Shown here one piece after another: positions 18,642 to 28,150 of a stretch of 64,000 nucleotides of DNA. Numbering within the stretch: the first letter of the stretch is position 1; each line of letters begins with the position of its first letter. The notes below the pieces were generated by a model. It saw nothing but the letters and a program-made list of their open reading frames with translations, made no database searches and was not told where the DNA came from. Origin of the DNA: a virus; IMG/VR virus record IMGVR_UViG_3300027792_000010; one strand, 5' to 3'. The translations under genes and the position numbers were made by a program.

Positions 18642-19400
18642 TTAAATAGATTTCATTCTTTTGAAACTAAAAGTATCCAATAATTCTTGCCACTTATTTT
18701 TGTACTTTAAACTATATCCTTCATAGAATTTGAAAGGTACACTTTTGTCAGGATCAATTGGTATACCAGAAGCTGCATCTATCCTATATGAATCTTTTGG
18801 TATGTGAGTGTTAAAACCAATGGGACTTCCATGAATGGTATATTTCTGATTGTATTTATACAAAGGGACTATCTCTGCATTAATATCAGGAGTCTGACTT
18901 TGTAAGTGTTGCTCTAATGGGGTATCTCTTAAATCCCCAAAAGGAGCAGGATATAAAATATCTTTTCTATAATAGGCTGTATCTGCAAATCCTTGATCTA
19001 TCTCCGATATGAAGTATTCAAATGGAGATATTAATGTTATATTGCTATGGACACAATTAGCTTTAATAGCATAGTATTGTAAAAAGGGTTTAGTATATAA
19101 CCAGTAACTATATCCTTCAGCCCAAAGAAGATGTTTTCTACTATTTGTGTACCAACATAACTTCTTTATCAAAGAAAGAATTTTATCAGTATATTTATAG
19201 TAATTATTACTATAATCGATAAGAACATAGTGTCGAATAACTAGATTACCTGGGACTAACCTACTGGCTAACTTAACCCAAAGATTATCTTTTAATCTTC
19301 TAATCTCAGATTTTTCGAAAGGTTTCCCTTTCAAAACTTTATTTTCAAATAATTCCTGCTGAAAGCCCGCAAGAGAGTCTCCAGTTTCGAAGTTAATCAT
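18642..19400 (-). CDS. hypothetical protein
   Basis: 252-aa ORF. Confidence 0.75.
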   Translation of the reverse strand: MINFETGDSLAGFQQELFENKVLKGKPFEKSEIRRLKDNLWVKLASRLVPGNLVIRHYVLIDYSNNYYKYTDKILSLIKKLCWYTNSRKHLLWAEGYSYWLYTKPFLQYYAIKANCVHSNITLISPFEYFISEIDQGFADTAYYRKDILYPAPFGDLRDTPLEQHLQSQTPDINAEIVPLYKYNQKYTIHGSPIGFNTHIPKDSYRIDAASGIPIDPDKSVPFKFYEGYSLKYKNKWQELLDTFSFKRMKSI

Positions 19401-19410
19401 CTTTTTTCCC

Positions 19411-19767
19411 CTACACTTTCCAGCTAAATATTTTTTCGGGCTCTCCTAAGAACTCTGTCTCATATTCCCATTCAGAACCTTCATAACTATGACTCAACCA
19501 ACTTCTGCAGTATATTTTACACTTATAGATCCCATGCTCAAATTTGAAGTCGTCATATTCAAAAAAGTATATCAACTCATCCTTCCAAAAAGACATATCT
19601 ACTTGGTCTTTATTTAAGATATCAAGTAGAAAGCACTCACATTCTCCGTTGCACCCGAACACAACAAAAGGGTCTTCATAACTGGGATGATTTTCTTCTT
19701 TAGCATTATCCATAGCTAATATCCCATCTAAATTTAATATGTCACTCATTTTTGATAATCCTCCCAT
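19411..19767 (-). CDS. hypothetical protein
   Basis: Acidic 118-aa ORF. Confidence 0.65.
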   Translation of the reverse strand: MGGLSKMSDILNLDGILAMDNAKEENHPSYEDPFVVFGCNGECECFLLDILNKDQVDMSFWKDELIYFFEYDDFKFEHGIYKCKIYCRSWLSHSYEGSEWEYETEFLGEPEKIFSWKV

Positions 19768-20573
19768 TCTTTAATGGCTAACCTATTAGCTGTTTCTACT
19801 ATAGGTACCAAATCAAGTGCATAGAGCCCACCACAGCTAAAACTATTAATCTCCATGAGGTAGTAGCTACCCCTGCTGAGGCATATATCAACTATGTACA
19901 TAGGATCAGGTTTGTACTCTTCCGCAGCTATTACATCAGCAAGCTCTTTAGCTTTAGGATCATAGCCTTCTTGAAAAGATAGTTTTCCATCCCTTTCATA
20001 CTGACACCCAGTTATTACTTTACCTTCAGCGCAGACGAATCTCCATTCCCCATCGATAATCTTAGGAGTAGAGATAATAACCATACTGTCGGGATCAGAG
20101 AACTCTTCTACCCAACGCCACAAGGAAGGCACATTATATTTGCTATATACTCCAGCTGTCCATGGTTTTAGTCCTGAACTCGGTCTAAAGAAAAGCTCTT
20201 CACGAACGAAACATTTGTCATAAAGCCAATCAAGTCTTCTTAGAACATCGGCTCTTGGGAGCATGACATACTCCCAGTTGAAGAGATATTTCCCGAAGTG
20301 AGCATAGTATCTGGTACATTCATAGTTTTTTGCTGTGAGCCAGGGTCCAGGAATCCATTGTTTTTCACGCTGAAGCTGCTGTGCAAGATTGATTGATCCT
20401 TGGAAGAGAACGCAATCGTTTCCCCCGAATATATCATAGGAGCCAGCCTGGAATGGAGTGTAGGTGATAACTTCAACATCACATCCTTGCCGTCTACATT
20501 CATCGGCAAGAGGACCGAATTTGTTGTCCGGTTCGAAATCTTCGATGACCCATTTTGGTCGTATACTAGACAT
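19746..20573 (-). CDS. ATP-grasp domain protein (DUF4343/R2K-like)
   Basis: FFRPSSGLKPW, EWRFV, YIVDI, MEINSFSCGGLY. Confidence 0.8.
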   Translation of the reverse strand: MSSIRPKWVIEDFEPDNKFGPLADECRRQGCDVEVITYTPFQAGSYDIFGGNDCVLFQGSINLAQQLQREKQWIPGPWLTAKNYECTRYYAHFGKYLFNWEYVMLPRADVLRRLDWLYDKCFVREELFFRPSSGLKPWTAGVYSKYNVPSLWRWVEEFSDPDSMVIISTPKIIDGEWRFVCAEGKVITGCQYERDGKLSFQEGYDPKAKELADVIAAEEYKPDPMYIVDICLSRGSYYLMEINSFSCGGLYALDLVPIVETANRLAIKEWEDYQK

Positions 20574-20705
20574 CCTATGCTCCTACAGTTAAATGATTTT
20601 CTTAGATAATGAGTTTGATATACAGGTTGTACACCACTTGATAAAAAACGGATAATAGGTTTTTCCCAGGGGTCATCTGCTAACCACAGATTACTTCTCG
20701 GAGTT

Positions 20706-20918
20706 TCAAAAAAGTCTTTTATCATTACTTTGTTCATGTAATTTTTTATCCTCTAAAGATTTTAAATACTCCAGATATAGAAAGGATTTCCCAATGATCG
20801 GTGATCCATAAATAGCGTTAAAAGGTGGTACATACCAAGGATCATCTGAACGCCAGGAACGAGCACTCTCTCGATCCATTATAACTAATTGCCTACCTTC
20901 AGTATCTACATAGACCAT
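20706..20918 (-). CDS. small protein with WxSDDPW motif
   Basis: SWRSDDPWY; AGGAG RBS. Confidence 0.65.
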   Translation of the reverse strand: MVYVDTEGRQLVIMDRESARSWRSDDPWYVPPFNAIYGSPIIGKSFLYLEYLKSLEDKKLHEQSNDKRLF

Positions 20919-21001
20919 TCGTAATCTCCTATATGATGGATATTTTCGTAGTGTTCCATTAATTCTTCTATTGTTTTTTTATATCATAGGAATCTATTAT
21001 C

Positions 21002-21061
21002 CTATTCAAAATCTTTCCTATCCCCCCAAGGATCATCGCTGTCCCAGGTTTCTTGAAGCAT
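21002..21061 (-). CDS. 19-aa micro-ORF MLQETWDSDDPWGDRKDFE
   Basis: GGAGG upstream; carries the repeated motif; overlaps the end of 21033..21329. Confidence 0.5.
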   Translation of the reverse strand: MLQETWDSDDPWGDRKDFE

Positions 21062-21329
21062 CTCTCCAGCCTCCTAAAGCCTCTACTAACTTTTTGGCTT
21101 CTTGATTTGATACTGACATCTCAAAAGTACTTGTATGCCCCCCATGAAAGTATCTAAAATCTACCAAGAACCAAGGATCGTCAGAGTACCACGGGGTCGA
21201 TAAATTGACAGTCATCGGAAAGGTGCTGAACCCATGATACTTCGAAAAATGAGGGACCTGTGCCACACCTGTGCCACAATCTACTCTTATAATCAACCAG
21301 GGGTCATCTGCTAACCACACTTGATCCAT
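21033..21329 (-). CDS. small protein with two Wx[AS]DDPW motifs
   Basis: VWLADDPWL and PWYSDDPWF. Confidence 0.7.
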   Translation of the reverse strand: MDQVWLADDPWLIIRVDCGTGVAQVPHFSKYHGFSTFPMTVNLSTPWYSDDPWFLVDFRYFHGGHTSTFEMSVSNQEAKKLVEALGGWRDASRNLGQR

Positions 21330-21507
21330 ACTTACTCTCTAATATTAAGGGATCTTTCCTTAACTCCTCCATAGTAACATTTATTTCTTCCATCGAAGGC
21401 ATAGGAGGAACAATAATTGGCTTAAACCATCCCCAAGGATCATCAGAAAACCAAATATCGTGATTATAAACACATAAGGTTGGTTTAGATAACTTAATAG
21501 AACTCAT
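21304..21507 (-). CDS. small protein with WxSDDPW motif
   Basis: IWFSDDPWG. Confidence 0.65.
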   Translation of the reverse strand: MSSIKLSKPTLCVYNHDIWFSDDPWGWFKPIIVPPMPSMEEINVTMEELRKDPLILESKYGSSVVSR

Positions 21508-21558
21508 AAAACTAATATACTATTTGGAAAACTCAAATTAAATAAGTTTCCAAAAGTC

Positions 21559-21852
21559 TTAGTTAGGGATACGAAATTTAGGAGGGCAATCTTGCTGGGA
21601 GGCACATAACTTTTTTTCAAACTCTTCTGCTTCTTTATCCCAATCTCTACCATCATATTGATGAAGTTTATCATAGGCACATGAAGCACAATAATATTCG
21701 AACTCATCCTCTCCTGTTGGAGAAGCCCATATCGGCTCCCCAATTACTGCTTCCTTGCACATACAATCGTAAGGATCTTCTACCTTGAAATTACACCTTA
21801 GAAAGTGCTCATCTAATTCTTCTTCCCTCGTGGTCATAATCCTTTCCTCCAC
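21559..21852 (-). CDS. hypothetical protein, Cys-containing
   Basis: CMCKE and YYCASC. Confidence 0.6.
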   Translation of the reverse strand: MEERIMTTREEELDEHFLRCNFKVEDPYDCMCKEAVIGEPIWASPTGEDEFEYYCASCAYDKLHQYDGRDWDKEAEEFEKKLCASQQDCPPKFRIPN

Positions 21853-21860
21853 ATCTTTGC

Positions 21861-22073
21861 TCAGCCTCCTGAAGTCTCAAAGTACATAGCTAACATAGCT
21901 TCTTCAGTTATCCAAGGATCGTCAGAAATCCAGATAACTTTAGTACTACCTAATAGATCTATAACTTTTGCTACCGCAGGATCTACTGAGCTATACATTT
22001 TTCTATAGTACCTTCTCTTCTTTAGCTCCTCTGATATCAAAGAATCGTCAGAATCCTGTAGTTTCATTAGCAA
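21861..22073 (-). CDS. small protein with WxSDDPW motif
   Basis: IWISDDPWI. Confidence 0.65.
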   Translation of the reverse strand: MLMKLQDSDDSLISEELKKRRYYRKMYSSVDPAVAKVIDLLGSTKVIWISDDPWITEEAMLAMYFETSGG

Positions 22074-22389
22074 AAGCCTTTATATCATTATATGTTTCTT
22101 CATCTAAATATATAGTATTAGGTACTAAAGGAAAATTAGTAATACGATCAAAAGCTTCCATAATGTCGTTTATAACCCAAGGGTCATCTGAGTACCATAT
22201 CTTACCACATAGCGTATCTACTTTTATCAAATCACGATCTTTTAATAGGTCGTGATAAGAACCGTCATTAGACTTTGCTGTATCTAAGTTCCAATCAGCA
22301 TTTACGCCATATACAGAATAATCGCTAGGGCAGTTTCGCTTTGCTTCCTCATAGTTGTCCCACACTGTCCCTCCAGCATAATCTTTCAT
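22048..22389 (-). CDS. small protein with WxSDDPW motif
   Basis: IWYSDDPWV. Confidence 0.7.
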   Translation of the reverse strand: MKDYAGGTVWDNYEEAKRNCPSDYSVYGVNADWNLDTAKSNDGSYHDLLKDRDLIKVDTLCGKIWYSDDPWVINDIMEAFDRITNFPLVPNTIYLDEETYNDIKAFANETTGF

Positions 22390-22516
22390 GCGTCATGCGC
22401 CCCTTTTTCTTTGGTGTGCCTTGCTCTTTAAAGTAGGTTTCATAGTTTGTAGTGTGACCGATAGTGTAAATCATAGCAATAATATACTAATTAGGAAGGA
22501 AGTTTTAAATATAAAA

Positions 22517-22605
22517 CGGAAGGTACAGGATTTGAACCTGTGAAGGTATTTAAACTCCCTGACGGTTTAGCAAACCGTTGCAATAGGCCGCTCTGCCAAC
22601 CTTCC
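22517..22605 (-). tRNA. tRNA-Ser(GCU)
   Basis: Class II, G73, loop TTGCTAA. Confidence 0.95.
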
Positions 22606-22645
22606 ATTATTTTTTCTTTATGTTTCTTTTGTCCATAATCGAAAA

Positions 22646-22722
22646 TGGTGGGAGTATCACGAATTGAACGTGAGACCTTTCGGTTATCAGCCGAACGCTC
22701 TAACCATCTGAGCTATACTCCC
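22646..22722 (-). tRNA. tRNA-Ile(GAU)
   Basis: Loop CTGATAA, CCA encoded. Confidence 0.95.
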
Positions 22723-22737
22723 TATAAGCTATTAGGT

Positions 22738-22813
22738 TGGTAGCGGAATGTTGGAGTTGAACCAACTTAACCAAGTTTATGAGACTCGGTGAGATGCCGA
22801 CCTCCCACCCGCG
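22738..22813 (-). tRNA. tRNA-Met(CAU), initiator-like
   Basis: C1 mismatch, CGCGGG start, loop CTCATAA; acceptor stem imperfect. Confidence 0.8.
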
Positions 22814-22825
22814 ATGTATTTAAAA

Positions 22826-22896
22826 TAGTGAGAATCAGAATCGAACTGATCTAAACAGGATATGAGCCTGTTGAGGGGCCACTCCTCAATCTCACT
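22826..22896 (-). tRNA. tRNA-Met/Ile2(CAU), identity uncertain
   Basis: AGTGAGA/TCTCACT acceptor, loop CTCATAT. Confidence 0.8.
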
Positions 22897-22905
22897 GTAT
22901 GTTTA

Positions 22906-22981
22906 TGGCGGGGACGACGGGTTACGATCCCGCTCTCTTTGGCTTGACAAGCCAATGCTTTCCCGATTAAGCTACGTCCCC
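22906..22981 (-). tRNA. tRNA-Asp(GUC)
   Basis: G73, loop TTGTCAA, CCA encoded. Confidence 0.93.
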
Positions 22982-22991
22982 TAATATTTAA

Positions 22992-23474
22992 TTAATCCTC
23001 ACCTTCATAATCTATGATAGGTACTATTCTTACGTTCCTATCCTTATTGCCCCTAAGTATACGCTCAGCCTCTTTGTAACTATCGAATACTGTACTATCT
23101 ACAGTTCCTATTAAGGGGTCCAAAAATACATACCCTACTTTAAGACCTTGTTTCTTTAGATTCTCCAAAGCTGTATCTAAGTATTCTATCTTCTGCTTCT
23201 GTAATACAAATCCTATATTCAAATCAAAGACACGAACTAATTCATCATACTCTTTGTCTGGTAGGAATCCCTTCAAAAGGCATAAAGAACCTACGCAGCT
23301 TTCTAAGTATTTTCCGATTTTCAGAGAATGAAGTACATAGTAATAGCCATCCTCGTCTTCATCGAATCCTACTAATCTCACAACTTCGTGGAAGTCTATA
23401 AGTAGTTCTCCTTTATGTTTCTCTATAAACTCTAAAATCTCTGGCTTAGGATCTTTAAACTCTGATATGTCCAC
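22992..23474 (-). CDS. hypothetical protein
   Basis: 160-aa ORF between tRNAs, AGGAG RBS. Confidence 0.7.
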   Translation of the reverse strand: MDISEFKDPKPEILEFIEKHKGELLIDFHEVVRLVGFDEDEDGYYYVLHSLKIGKYLESCVGSLCLLKGFLPDKEYDELVRVFDLNIGFVLQKQKIEYLDTALENLKKQGLKVGYVFLDPLIGTVDSTVFDSYKEAERILRGNKDRNVRIVPIIDYEGED

Positions 23475-23495
23475 TATATACTCCTAAGAAAAATA

Positions 23496-23571
23496 TGGTG
23501 CCGCCTTTCGGAGTTGAACCGAATTCTTTAGCTCTTCAGGCTAACGCAATCACCGGACTTGCTCAAGCGGC
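23496..23571 (-). tRNA. tRNA-Phe(GAA)
   Basis: Loop CTGAAGA, CCA encoded. Confidence 0.95.
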
Positions 23572-23621
23572 ATATAATTTGCCTTTGTAATTCTCTTACA
23601 TCAGATAGGCTATATTAAAAT

Positions 23622-23657
23622 AAAAAAGCCCCCGAACTTCTCAGTCCGGGGGCTTTT
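23622..23657 (-). terminator. attenuator 2 intrinsic terminator
   Basis: AAAAGCCCCCGGAC...GTTCGGGGGCTTTTTT. Confidence 0.92.
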
Positions 23658-23680
23658 ATAAGCTACTTGTTTACCCGGAC

Positions 23681-23758
23681 CTATACAATACTATCAAACA
23701 TACTATCAAAACTGATAGTATCGCTGTTGATGATAATGCTGAAAGTAGAGGTACACAT
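23681..23758 (-). CDS. attenuator leader peptide 2 (25 aa) MCTSTFSIIINSDTISFDSMFDSIV
   Basis: AAGGA RBS; antiterminator GTCCGGG (23674-23680) directly after the TAG. Confidence 0.88.
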   Translation of the reverse strand: MCTSTFSIIINSDTISFDSMFDSIV

Positions 23759-23798
23759 TGAAAATAGTTTTCCTTGAAAAAGTTTTTGTTCTGTCTTT

Positions 23799-23827
23799 AA
23801 TATACCACTTTGTAATACAAAGATCAA
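23799..23827 (-). promoter_or_regulatory. sigma70 promoter of attenuator 2
   Basis: TTGATC-N17-TATATT with AAGTGG before -10. Confidence 0.85.
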
Positions 23828-23834
23828 ATAAATT

Positions 23835-24110
23835 TTAAGAATACATCAAAGTATCTGAAAGAGACTTAGGCATAGACATACTCCTCAGGTACCCACCACC
23901 ACCTGTCCCCTGGTGCTGAGTAGGCTTAATCGGGGCGTGAGTGCTATCACCCTGCACAACTGGATTGTAGTTCTGAGAGTTGTCTACAACGTTACCGCTA
24001 GTATTACCCATCTTTTGATCTCTTGGACTAGTTGTCCCCCGTCCTGTATTATTCTGCGTAAAACTTGCCATACCAGCAAAGACTACATCTACTGATTTAT
24101 CTGCTGCCAT
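23835..24110 (-). CDS. hypothetical low-complexity protein
   Basis: AAGGAG RBS; G/T/N/S-rich. Confidence 0.65.
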   Translation of the reverse strand: MAADKSVDVVFAGMASFTQNNTGRGTTSPRDQKMGNTSGNVVDNSQNYNPVVQGDSTHAPIKPTQHQGTGGGGYLRSMSMPKSLSDTLMYS

Positions 24111-24279
24111 AATTATACTCCTTTACTAAACAAAAATTCAATACAATCACTTATATAATATATATTAAAAGATTATATGATTCAATTTATTTTGCTATAT
24201 CTAAAACTTTATTAACATCCTCATATGGAGTATCTTGACCTTATATTTCATCAGAGAACAAATTATTAGATAGGTCTTA

Positions 24280-24474
24280 TTAAACTAAAGGTTGAGGCTT
24301 GTTAATAGGCTCAATTAAAACGTAGGTACTATCCTCTTCAGTATTGTACCAAAAAATGAGTTTGCCATGATGCTCCGTAAAACAATCTAAAAGAGATGCC
24401 TTATTTCCACAAGGTTTTATCTTCTGATGCTTTTTTAAAGCCCTTTCAATTAACTCTTGTTTCAATTTATCCAT
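24280..24474 (-). CDS. hypothetical protein
   Basis: ORF track. Confidence 0.55.
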   Translation of the reverse strand: MDKLKQELIERALKKHQKIKPCGNKASLLDCFTEHHGKLIFWYNTEEDSTYVLIEPINKPQPLV

Positions 24475-24566
24475 CTTGGTATCCTTACATAGTATACTTA
24501 AAAATTATCTGTATAAGTAGATAATTATAGTATTAGTCTAATTCTACCATTATCATCTCTAATATC

Positions 24567-25088
24567 TTATTGCCAACATTTTTCATAGTCTTTATTTATA
24601 CCAGAGATATATGCAAGTATATCATAAATATAGCTGTTAGGATTAATATATCTATTTACTTTTCTAAACTCTTTTTCGTCTAATCCTAAAAGTCTATTTA
24701 TGAATAAACCAACGGCACCACTTCTTGAAGTACCTGCGTCACAATGTACTACTAGTACACCTACATGTTCATCATTAAGTAACTTTACGAAATCTAGTAT
24801 CTTATGAGCATCTGTTTCATCAAACAAACGTAACCCAGAATCTAATTTTTTTGGGGTAATAGATTTTATTCTTTCAAACTGTTCTTTAGATATATCACCA
24901 AAACAAAGATTTAAAATGCTTTTGCAATTCATCCTATGCATGAGTTCTACTTTATCATCTGTAATTAGTTTCTCTGCAGGGGTGCTATATATAGAGATGA
25001 GCGCCCAACTTAGAGATGATATAGTCTCCTGATTCGTTATCACATCCGTAATAACTTTCCTCGGAAAAACACGTATATGCCTTATCAT
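24567..25088 (-). CDS. protein-tyrosine/dual-specificity phosphatase-like protein
   Basis: VVHCDAGTSRS (CX5R). Confidence 0.85.
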   Translation of the reverse strand: MIRHIRVFPRKVITDVITNQETISSLSWALISIYSTPAEKLITDDKVELMHRMNCKSILNLCFGDISKEQFERIKSITPKKLDSGLRLFDETDAHKILDFVKLLNDEHVGVLVVHCDAGTSRSGAVGLFINRLLGLDEKEFRKVNRYINPNSYIYDILAYISGINKDYEKCWQ

Positions 25089-25870
25089 ACTGTTTTTACT
25101 TTCACTTTATAGGTTTTGTAGAAATCTCTGGTGATATTATGAAACTCTTCCGGTAGTAATTCTACAGTTTTTTGAGCAATATCTTTAGGGATTTCTTTAT
25201 AGAAAGCCTGAGCTATACCTCCGGCAATACATGCCATAGTATCCGCATCGCCATTAAGTCTTATAGCTTTTTTGATCGCGTCTATAAAGGAATCGGACTC
25301 AAGAAAACAAATGATAGATTCAGGTACTGACCCCTGACACGTCGCATCGAATTTGTAGGTCGGTGCGATATCTACCAGAGTACGATTAAGGTCATATCCA
25401 AAACTTTTTGATATGACTCTCTTAATCTCTTCTTTGGATTTCCCAATGCGTGCCATATAAACTGCTAAAGCTGTAGCTTGAGCACCTTTGATACCTTCTG
25501 GATGACTATGAGTACACTCTGCGCTTTTTTTAGCCTCTTCTAAGACCTTCCTAGGGTTATCAAAAGCATACCCTATAGGACTTACCCTCATGGCAGAACC
25601 ATTGCCAAAACTATTAAAAGGGGCATTAGAAGAAGAATCTAACCAATCTTGAAACATCCCGCCATATCCCCGACCTGGGTATCTATTACCGAAGTCTTTG
25701 TAACACTCACCATAGCTCTTCCCCGTTAGGATGGCTGAGCAGGTAGCGAAAGACATTACAGAGTCATCCGTGTAATCAGTCCCATCTGCAAACAATTCAA
25801 AATCATATACTTCTGTTTTCTTCCATTCATATGCACTCCCGATCACGTCACCTATGCAGGCACCCAGCAT
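25085..25870 (-). CDS. ADP-ribosylglycohydrolase (DraG/ARH family)
   Basis: GACIGDVIG, YTDDS, GNGSAMRVSP, NGDADT; start moved to MLGAC. Confidence 0.92.
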   Translation of the reverse strand: MLGACIGDVIGSAYEWKKTEVYDFELFADGTDYTDDSVMSFATCSAILTGKSYGECYKDFGNRYPGRGYGGMFQDWLDSSSNAPFNSFGNGSAMRVSPIGYAFDNPRKVLEEAKKSAECTHSHPEGIKGAQATALAVYMARIGKSKEEIKRVISKSFGYDLNRTLVDIAPTYKFDATCQGSVPESIICFLESDSFIDAIKKAIRLNGDADTMACIAGGIAQAFYKEIPKDIAQKTVELLPEEFHNITRDFYKTYKVKVKTV

Positions 25871-26802
25871 GATATACCGCCTTTCACTCTTTCTTTTTCG
25901 TATCCCAACCATTCTTTCCACGATATCCAACCTTTATTTAGATATGTACGGCTAGGAAAAGAAGGTATAGTGATTGGTCTACTACCACTTTTACAAAAAC
26001 ATTCCCATTCGGTTTTACTTTGTATATTAAATTTTTTAATATATTCTTTAGCTTCTGAATAGGGCATAAAACCTGTTTTTAAGACTATTATACCTTTTAT
26101 TTTATAAAATTTATTATATTTTCTTAACAATTTTAAGCTACTATCTCTATACATGAAATCTCTTAATAGTATTGAATTATTGTTAGAAAACCTTGTGCTA
26201 TAATAAATGCTGTCTTTAGGTCTTGTATAGTCAAATAACTTTTCACCCTTTTTTCTAACTTTTATGTAAATAATACCGTGTATACCTTTTATGCTACTTT
26301 CTATTGCTTCTAATAATTTATATGCTAACTCTTTGCTCCCTGAAGTGAAATCTGTTTCAAGATTATTATTATCTTTTAGAATGCTCACGCTCCCATCTCC
26401 GTCAAAGTACCCTCTAATAAAGTCTGGTAAATATTCCTGAGGGACTGTTGGAAATCCAATATCTAAACTTTTTCTTTCTTTTCCTCCAAGATTTTTTATA
26501 TCTTCAATTATTTCTTTTGAGTAAATACATATAAAATAATTATTTTTACAAGTTTTCTTTATAGGATGATTAGATTCCATAACTTTTAAAATATTTTCTA
26601 ATATATATTTGTCATTTTTATGCTGGCTTATTCCAAAGCATTCTTTATCTATAAATCCATCGGCCCACCAAAATCCTAAAACATAGGCCATATCTTTAGT
26701 CCAAATTTTAAAAAAATCTTGATTAACGTTATATCTTCTTGCCCCCTGATTCCACTTATTTTTCCAACGTTCCAATTTTTCTGATTGTGCTTCTTTGCTC
26801 AT
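25852..26802 (-). CDS. LAGLIDADG homing-endonuclease-like protein with extra C-terminal domain
   Basis: YVLGFWWADG and FIRGYFDGDG motifs. Confidence 0.85.
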   Translation of the reverse strand: MSKEAQSEKLERWKNKWNQGARRYNVNQDFFKIWTKDMAYVLGFWWADGFIDKECFGISQHKNDKYILENILKVMESNHPIKKTCKNNYFICIYSKEIIEDIKNLGGKERKSLDIGFPTVPQEYLPDFIRGYFDGDGSVSILKDNNNLETDFTSGSKELAYKLLEAIESSIKGIHGIIYIKVRKKGEKLFDYTRPKDSIYYSTRFSNNNSILLRDFMYRDSSLKLLRKYNKFYKIKGIIVLKTGFMPYSEAKEYIKKFNIQSKTEWECFCKSGSRPITIPSFPSRTYLNKGWISWKEWLGYEKERVKGGISCWVPA

Positions 26803-26947
26803 CTTTCCCTCTATTTTCTTCCTCTATATAGCTATCAATTATCCTTCTTAAAAATTCTGCTTTAGAGATTCCCATCTCTTCAGATTTGTTTTTAAGAAAC
26901 TCTTGCTCTTTATCTGATAGACATATTTGAGTCCTGTTAAGTTTCAT
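26756..26947 (-). CDS. ribbon-helix-helix (CopG-like) DNA-binding protein
   Basis: RTQICLSDKEQEFL...GISKAEFLRRII. Confidence 0.75.
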   Translation of the reverse strand: MKLNRTQICLSDKEQEFLKNKSEEMGISKAEFLRRIIDSYIEEENRGKDEQRSTIRKIGTLEK

Positions 26948-26989
26948 CTTACATCTCCATTACATCAAGTAGATGTTATTAATAGGTTA

Positions 26990-27691
26990 TTAAAGTTTAA
27001 CTATATTTTCATATAACATGTGGTATTTTCCAAAATCTATATTATCGTGCCAATGCCCACACCACAGGCTATTGAATGTAGTGTTTTGACAGACATGTTC
27101 TAAATATTTCTCGGTAGGATCAACCCTACCAATTTCACGACATAATCCTATAGACTTCAGGTATGTTTCGGCTATACTTGATGGAGCGGTATGAGCCAAA
27201 ATATAATCTACAGAATATTGGTGCTGCTCCAGATTCTGTAGCCCTAAATCCATCTCAGACCAACTTGGTATTTCTTCAGGCCACCATGACTTTCCTTCTG
27301 TCCTTGTAGCTTTATCTATACTTTGCGCGCCACCCATAACAAAGAATTTTTTACCCTCTATGGTATAGATGTGCCCTCTTTTAAGGTGAAAGATACTATC
27401 TGAGACCTTACCTACTTTACTCCCAAACATATCTATTTGTTCGAGGGCATATAGTCTGGGATGGTTCTCATGGTTACCACAAACAAATAATGTTGTAAAA
27501 GGTTTATTAGATAGCCACCAAGTCCAATAACTCTCTGTAGGGCTAGGGGTATTATCCCACACCAGCCCAAAGTCACCGAGAATGATTAGATAATCATTCT
27601 TGGTGAGCTTTACTCCTTCAGGCCACCTCTTTGCTGATAGCTTATGTATGTCGGTGTCACCGTGAGTGTCACCAGTTAAAAACGTCGCCAT
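26990..27691 (-). CDS. calcineurin-like metallophosphoesterase
   Basis: GDTHG, LGDFG, GNHEN, GHWH. Confidence 0.92.
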   Translation of the reverse strand: MATFLTGDTHGDTDIHKLSAKRWPEGVKLTKNDYLIILGDFGLVWDNTPSPTESYWTWWLSNKPFTTLFVCGNHENHPRLYALEQIDMFGSKVGKVSDSIFHLKRGHIYTIEGKKFFVMGGAQSIDKATRTEGKSWWPEEIPSWSEMDLGLQNLEQHQYSVDYILAHTAPSSIAETYLKSIGLCREIGRVDPTEKYLEHVCQNTTFNSLWCGHWHDNIDFGKYHMLYENIVKL

Positions 27692-27794
27692 TTTTATATA
27701 CCGCCTTAAGTATCATAGGATAAGGAGAACTTATTTTAATCACGTCACGCCAGGGGTCGTCTGCTTCCCTCACATCATCAGATAATATACTTTT

Positions 27795-27992
27795 TTACAA
27801 ATTAGTTCTACAAAGATTATAAGAGCGCTGGATAAAGTCAAAACGTCTTTCCTTAACCTGAGTCAAAGGGATCATTGGATTTTTACAGATTTCAAACAAA
27901 GGAGGTTTAAATCTATACAGCCTATTACCAAATAAATCATATATCCCATCAAACCAAGGGTCATCTACTTCCCAGACTTTATTATCTTTCAT
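27795..27992 (-). CDS. small protein with WxVDDPW motif
   Basis: VWEVDDPWF. Confidence 0.65.
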   Translation of the reverse strand: MKDNKVWEVDDPWFDGIYDLFGNRLYRFKPPLFEICKNPMIPLTQVKERRFDFIQRSYNLCRTNL

Positions 27993-28150
27993 TTATACTT
28001 TAACTCTAATGAGAATATACTACTATGTTCTATACGCATAGGTACACACTACATCACCTATAATAAATAAAGGAACTTTATCTCGTATAAAACCATGATC
28101 ACTACACCAGGGGTCATCTGCTAACCATACTTTATTCGCTAATAGTTCAT

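Noticed and set aside
20240-20737. Full 165-aa ORF
   Set aside because: Its C-terminal two thirds overlap the ATP-grasp gene in another frame; only the N-terminal motif-bearing part looks meaningful.
25852-26802. Group I intron or intein hosting the LAGLIDADG ORF
   Set aside because: The flanking genes are complete, and no splice-junction residues or intron core were recognised.
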